Origin: an uncultured virus (IMG/VR IMGVR_UViG_3300028897_000536)
Taxonomy: Duplodnaviria; Heunggongvirae; Uroviricota; Caudoviricetes
IMG/VR virus record: IMGVR_UViG_3300028897_000536
Length of the DNA: 64,000 nucleotides
Reading direction: 5' to 3' (one strand)
Shown: piece by piece, positions 60,058 through 64,000 of the stretch
Layout of the letters: every line of letters starts with the position of its first letter
Numbering within the stretch: position 1 is the stretch's first letter
Position numbers and translations under genes: made by a program
The notes under the pieces: generated by a model
Told to the model about the DNA's origin: nothing
What the model saw: only the letters and a program-made list of their open reading frames with translations
The model's database searches: none

Positions 60058-61977
60058 TTAATTAAATTGTATCTTTACTTGATCTCCTGATCCTCTCCGA
60101 TATAATAAATAAATATCTGGATCACCAGAAACGCTAGTATCATGCCAAACTGCCATAAATTGATCTGCTGTTAATGTAGGTTCTGTATCTTGAATATATA
60201 CTTTAATTTTAAGTTCTGTCTCTTTTTCATAGCAGTTATTTAAAGCGTCTTTTACTGTAGTTCCTGTAACTGAAGAATCGTTTTTTATTTGACTTGATGG
60301 TTGATATAATATAGGTGCATTTCCGCTTAGTGTTCCTGATATATGCGAATTATATAATTCTAAAGTTCCATTATTTGTATAATTACCTAATAAAGTAGAA
60401 TGTCTAGCTTTAATTGTTCCATCAGTAGGAATTGTTCCTCCAGTACCTCCAATTAAAGATGCTTTAATATCATATATTCCTTTGCCTCCATTAAGTAAAC
60501 TCCAAGCTAAATCTGTATATATTTTTATAGCGTTAATATTAATTATTGTACCATCAGAAGTAAAATAATTAGGTTTATAAGCGGTATCGTCAGTTTCAAG
60601 AGTTAAATTTCCATCATATATATAACCATTATATCCACTAATTGCAGCCTCGACAACATTACTTATTAATACATTATCAGAAAATTTACAATTAAAAAAA
60701 CTAGAAGATACTAAATTTTTCATTGTAACAGTATTACTAAAAAGACAATTTTGAAAATGAATTCTATGACCAAAATCTCCTCCATTAGTGCTTCCTTGTA
60801 AAATAACTGGAGTATTAAACCATAAATTCTTAAAGTATATATAACGAAAAGTACTATTATTTAATGTAGATTGTAAAGAATTTCCTGAACTTGGAACTAT
60901 TTTAGTAGCCTCATAACTTATACCTTCAAAGGTTATATTTTGTAATTCGTTATTTTCTAATACAAGATTTTCTATATATCTTCCTGCTCCTATTTTAATT
61001 GTATAACCTTCAGAATAGGAGTCATCTCCATTTGCTATAATTTGATTAATTGCTCCTTGTATTGTTTTAAAAGGATCTGTAATTGAACCTATTTCTGTAT
61101 TCGAAGTATTATTCTTATCTACATATAAAACTTTAGTTGCTTGAGCAGGGGTGTGTAAACCTTCTTCTATTATTAATCCATATTTATAAGTATCTCCAAA
61201 TGATGGACTTGTTGTAGAGGGCATTATAATACCTCCTAAACCTGTCCTAAGACCGTATCTTACTTTATTAGAATCATAATCTGAACAATTAAATACATAG
61301 GCTTTACTATTCGAAGTTACATATATTCCGCTTGTACCTGTACCTCCATTATCAGAAAATTTACAGTTATAACAATATAAATCAGATTCGTAAGTTCTTA
61401 TACATGCTCCGCTACTGTGGTTAGTTTTAAAAGAAATACCATAAATTGATATTTGCATATGATTTTCTCTAAGTGCAAGCAAAATAGCACTTGATCCGCT
61501 TATTAAAACATTATCTGCATTTTGACCTTGAATAGCAAAAGTTATATTTTCATTAGAAGAAAAACCTGAAACTGAAACAGTTTCATTATAATTAAGACTA
61601 TCTTGTAATCTAATATATGTAGTCCTTCTTAATATTTTAGGTAATATATCAACTGCATGTTGGATGGTAGCAAATGGTTCGGCTTCTGTACCTGGATTAT
61701 CATCACTACCTGTATCAGGATTTACATAATATCTAACATATGCACCAGTAGGAGAAGCTTTTACTATTTCTCCAGCTCCTATTTCGTTTTCTCCACCTTC
61801 GTCAAGTTTAGTATCTGTATTTTGAGTATGTTTTTTATCTATAGCATCATCTATATCGCTAGCTACTGTACCTGAAGCTAAATCTAATTGATCTACTGTT
61901 ACATCATGAGGATTATCAGTTCTTACATCATGATCTCCATCACTAACTAAATCTAATTCTGATTTTGAGTATGTTTT
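60058..61977 (-). CDS. Distal part of a large fibre/adhesin with beta-helix (pectin lyase-like) modules; no proper start of its own
   Basis: The listed 60058..61482 frame stays open up to 61977 and encodes YVNPDTGSDDNPGTEAEPFATIQHA and YVDK..GSITDPFKTIQGA modules. Confidence 0.75.
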   Translation of the reverse strand, partial: KTYSKSELDLVSDGDHDVRTDNPHDVTVDQLDLASGTVASDIDDAIDKKHTQNTDTKLDEGGENEIGAGEIVKASPTGAYVRYYVNPDTGSDDNPGTEAEPFATIQHAVDILPKILRRTTYIRLQDSLNYNETVSVSGFSSNENITFAIQGQNADNVLISGSSAILLALRENHMQISIYGISFKTNHSSGACIRTYESDLYCYNCKFSDNGGTGTSGIYVTSNSKAYVFNCSDYDSNKVRYGLRTGLGGIIMPSTTSPSFGDTYKYGLIIEEGLHTPAQATKVLYVDKNNTSNTEIGSITDPFKTIQGAINQIIANGDDSYSEGYTIKIGAGRYIENLVLENNELQNITFEGISYEATKIVPSSGNSLQSTLNNSTFRYIYFKNLWFNTPVILQGSTNGGDFGHRIHFQNCLFSNTVTMKNLVSSSFFNCKFSDNVLISNVVEAAISGYNGYIYDGNLTLETDDTAYKPNYFTSDGTIININAIKIYTDLAWSLLNGGKGIYDIKASLIGGTGGTIPTDGTIKARHSTLLGNYTNNGTLELYNSHISGTLSGNAPILYQPSSQIKNDSSVTGTTVKDALNNCYEKETELKIKVYIQDTEPTLTADQFMAVWHDTSVSGDPDIYLLYRRGSGDQVKIQFN

Positions 61978-64000
61978 TTATCTACTGCGTCTTCTATATC
62001 TTCTATTGTTTTACTTCCTATTTTTTTACCTGCAGTAACTGCTAAATCATCTACTAATTCTCCGTCTTCTATTAACTCGCTTCTAGATTGTTCAGCTTTA
62101 TATATTCTTACTATAAGATCTCCAACATTACTTCCTCTTTTTTTCAAAGGAAGTACTAATTTTGTTAAATTTCCTGAAGAAACTGCGGTAAAAGATTGAC
62201 TGCGTAGATAATCAGAACTTGTCGGTAATGAAAAACTTGAAGTTCCTCCTGAACTTGAGACATCTAAACTATCATTTATATATACTTCAAAATCAAAATC
62301 AAATGAATCAGAGGAAGATCTATCTGTTCCATCTATTTTTGTATAAGTTACGATTCCTCCAGCATAATCGCCTGGATTTTTAAATCTTATTTGATAATTC
62401 AAAGAAACTCTATTAATTGATGTAAAAGAAATTGTATATTTTTCTCCTGCTACTATAGTAGGAGGATTATCAAATATAACCTCTATATCTGAATAATCGG
62501 TACCTATTTCAGATTCTAAAAATGTCTTTTGTGCTAGTAAAGAACCTATACTAGGAAAATCATTAGTTACTAGAGCTCCTTGTAATTTAGTAATGTTTCG
62601 TAAAAGTTTATTTTGTCCAATAGTAATCGTACTAGAATTTAAATATGTTTCTTCACCTAAATTACTATAAGCTTCATTTAAAGCGTGAACTTGACTGTTT
62701 CTTGCATAAATTCCATATTTTGGGGTATATATTCCTAATGTTTCATCATTAAAATTAAAAGCCGATATTATATTTATAAAATTATCAGAAATATCGGAGC
62801 TATAAACGTAAATAGATTTAATATTTGAAACAAGAGAATCTGCTATAGTGCCAAAATGAACATCTTCTAAACTACATTTACTATTATTAATTGCATATAA
62901 ACAGCTATTTTCTAAACCTATTATATTCATTTTTTTAAGTGCTAATCCAAAAGAATTAGACAGATAAATAGGAGCATATCCTGCTCCTATAATATAAGGG
63001 GGATTTTGACTGCTACTAGATTTACCTTGAATAAAGAATTCTTCTCCCATGAAATCTGTTATGCTTATATTTTCGACATATATTCCCTGTTCTAATTGTA
63101 AAGATCCTTTAGGATTAAAATCTTTTTGTATAATACTCATAGCTTTGTTTATAGAAGCAAATGGTAAAGTTGAAGTTCCATCGTTATTATCAGATATTCC
63201 ATTTACTTCAAAAGACCATTGATCATCTACAGTATGTCCTGTATCTGCACTAAATTTTACAAATACATCATCTTCTAATTCTATATATCCGCTACCTGTT
63301 ATTTGTTCCATGAGTTCTAATTCATAAATTTGTACTCTAGTTTCATATATATCATCTTCACTTTCCATATATATTCTATAATATCTATATGAAATATCAT
63401 TATTAATATCATATATATTACCTAATACTGTATATGTATAGTTACTATATTCAGGTGTAATTATTTTAAGTGTTGTCCAATCGCTATCATTATTAGAACC
63501 TTGAATTAAAGCTCTTTTAATTCCGCTTTGTTTAATCTTTAATCTTTTAACTATTTTTTCGTTACCTTCTCCTAAATCATATTTCCACCAATAAGGAGCT
63601 GTTGTTTGATAATTAGCAAAATACCAATAACTTGCAAAGTTTCTATCTACTGGATTATCTACATATGTAGATAATCCATAACTAGCAGTAGGAGTTCCTC
63701 CTGTTGCTATATTTTGATATCCTACTATTTCTTTTTCTTCGCTCCATTCGCCATCGTCAACTTTATATCTTATTTTATCACCTTCTCCAGATGCTACTGA
63801 AGATATTTTTACAGTAAAAGTATGTAATCCTTCACCTGTAAAGCCTGCTATACCCCAAGGAAGTGCTACACTAGAAGCATCAAGATCATTTAATCCTAAT
63901 CCTGTAAATGTAATTGTACTAGGATCGGGAATTCTTGATTTTAAATAAAAAGTTGCTTTTGATATAGAAGCTACATTTTCTACATCTATTTCATTATCTC
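61953..64000 (-). CDS. Proximal part of the large fibre/adhesin (discoidin F5/8-like and beta-helix modules), 5'-truncated by the window edge
   Basis: Frame open from the window end into the listed 61953..63368 ORF; WWKYDLGEG..QGSNNDSDWTTL..YRYYRIY; DGTSTLPFASINKA. Confidence 0.75.
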   Translation of the reverse strand, partial: DNEIDVENVASISKATFYLKSRIPDPSTITFTGLGLNDLDASSVALPWGIAGFTGEGLHTFTVKISSVASGEGDKIRYKVDDGEWSEEKEIVGYQNIATGGTPTASYGLSTYVDNPVDRNFASYWYFANYQTTAPYWWKYDLGEGNEKIVKRLKIKQSGIKRALIQGSNNDSDWTTLKIITPEYSNYTYTVLGNIYDINNDISYRYYRIYMESEDDIYETRVQIYELELMEQITGSGYIELEDDVFVKFSADTGHTVDDQWSFEVNGISDNNDGTSTLPFASINKAMSIIQKDFNPKGSLQLEQGIYVENISITDFMGEEFFIQGKSSSSQNPPYIIGAGYAPIYLSNSFGLALKKMNIIGLENSCLYAINNSKCSLEDVHFGTIADSLVSNIKSIYVYSSDISDNFINIISAFNFNDETLGIYTPKYGIYARNSQVHALNEAYSNLGEETYLNSSTITIGQNKLLRNITKLQGALVTNDFPSIGSLLAQKTFLESEIGTDYSDIEVIFDNPPTIVAGEKYTISFTSINRVSLNYQIRFKNPGDYAGGIVTYTKIDGTDRSSSDSFDFDFEVYINDSLDVSSSGGTSSFSLPTSSDYLRSQSFTAVSSGNLTKLVLPLKKRGSNVGDLIVRIYKAEQSRSELIEDGELVDDLAVTAGKKIGSKTIEDIEDAVDKKHTQNQN

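Noticed and set aside
47830..61875. Short + strand ORFs within the structural arm (47830, 50409, 50703, 53838, 57224, 58909, 59606, 61657)
   Set aside because: Antisense to long - strand structural genes; no independent support
1..64000. Stop-codon reassignment
   Set aside because: Long conserved genes are intact under the standard code, and TAA, TGA and TAG all end genes; the break at 61953 needs a frame change, not readthrough
1..64000. CRISPR array, tRNA genes, diversity-generating retroelement
   Set aside because: No regularly spaced identical repeats, cloverleaf motifs or reverse transcriptase seen by eye; a tRNA/ncRNA covariance search was not run

Overview
The window is a 64-kb internal segment of a very AT-rich tailed dsDNA phage, probably siphovirus-like, since it has a tape measure gene and no recognisable sheath. 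A consensus sigma70 promoter and AGGAG Shine-Dalgarno (SD) sites point to a bacterial host. Positions 1-~46,000 are a + strand arm of early, auxiliary and replication genes: a ubiquitin-like protein ending RLIGG with a ThiF/E1 enzyme, a membrane-anchored RuvB, a tyrosine recombinase, two free-standing LAGLIDADG nucleases, nucleotide-pool enzymes, a protease/amidoligase/transporter block, Prim-Pol/helicase, RuvC, RecA, an intein-containing family B polymerase, SbcCD, an ACP-like protein, MetAP, and a glyco-modification cluster (IspD, SDR, HAD, LicD-GT2, GT2). Positions ~46,000-64,000 are a converging - strand arm of tail and neck genes ending in a large frameshifted adhesin gene. The best candidates for undescribed systems are (i) a minimal phage-encoded ubiquitin-like conjugation module and (ii) a phage-encoded CDP-ribitol/LicD phospho-glycan pathway. 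No tRNA, rRNA, CRISPR array or reverse transcriptase was seen. All calls are from motif recognition by eye; no searches were run.
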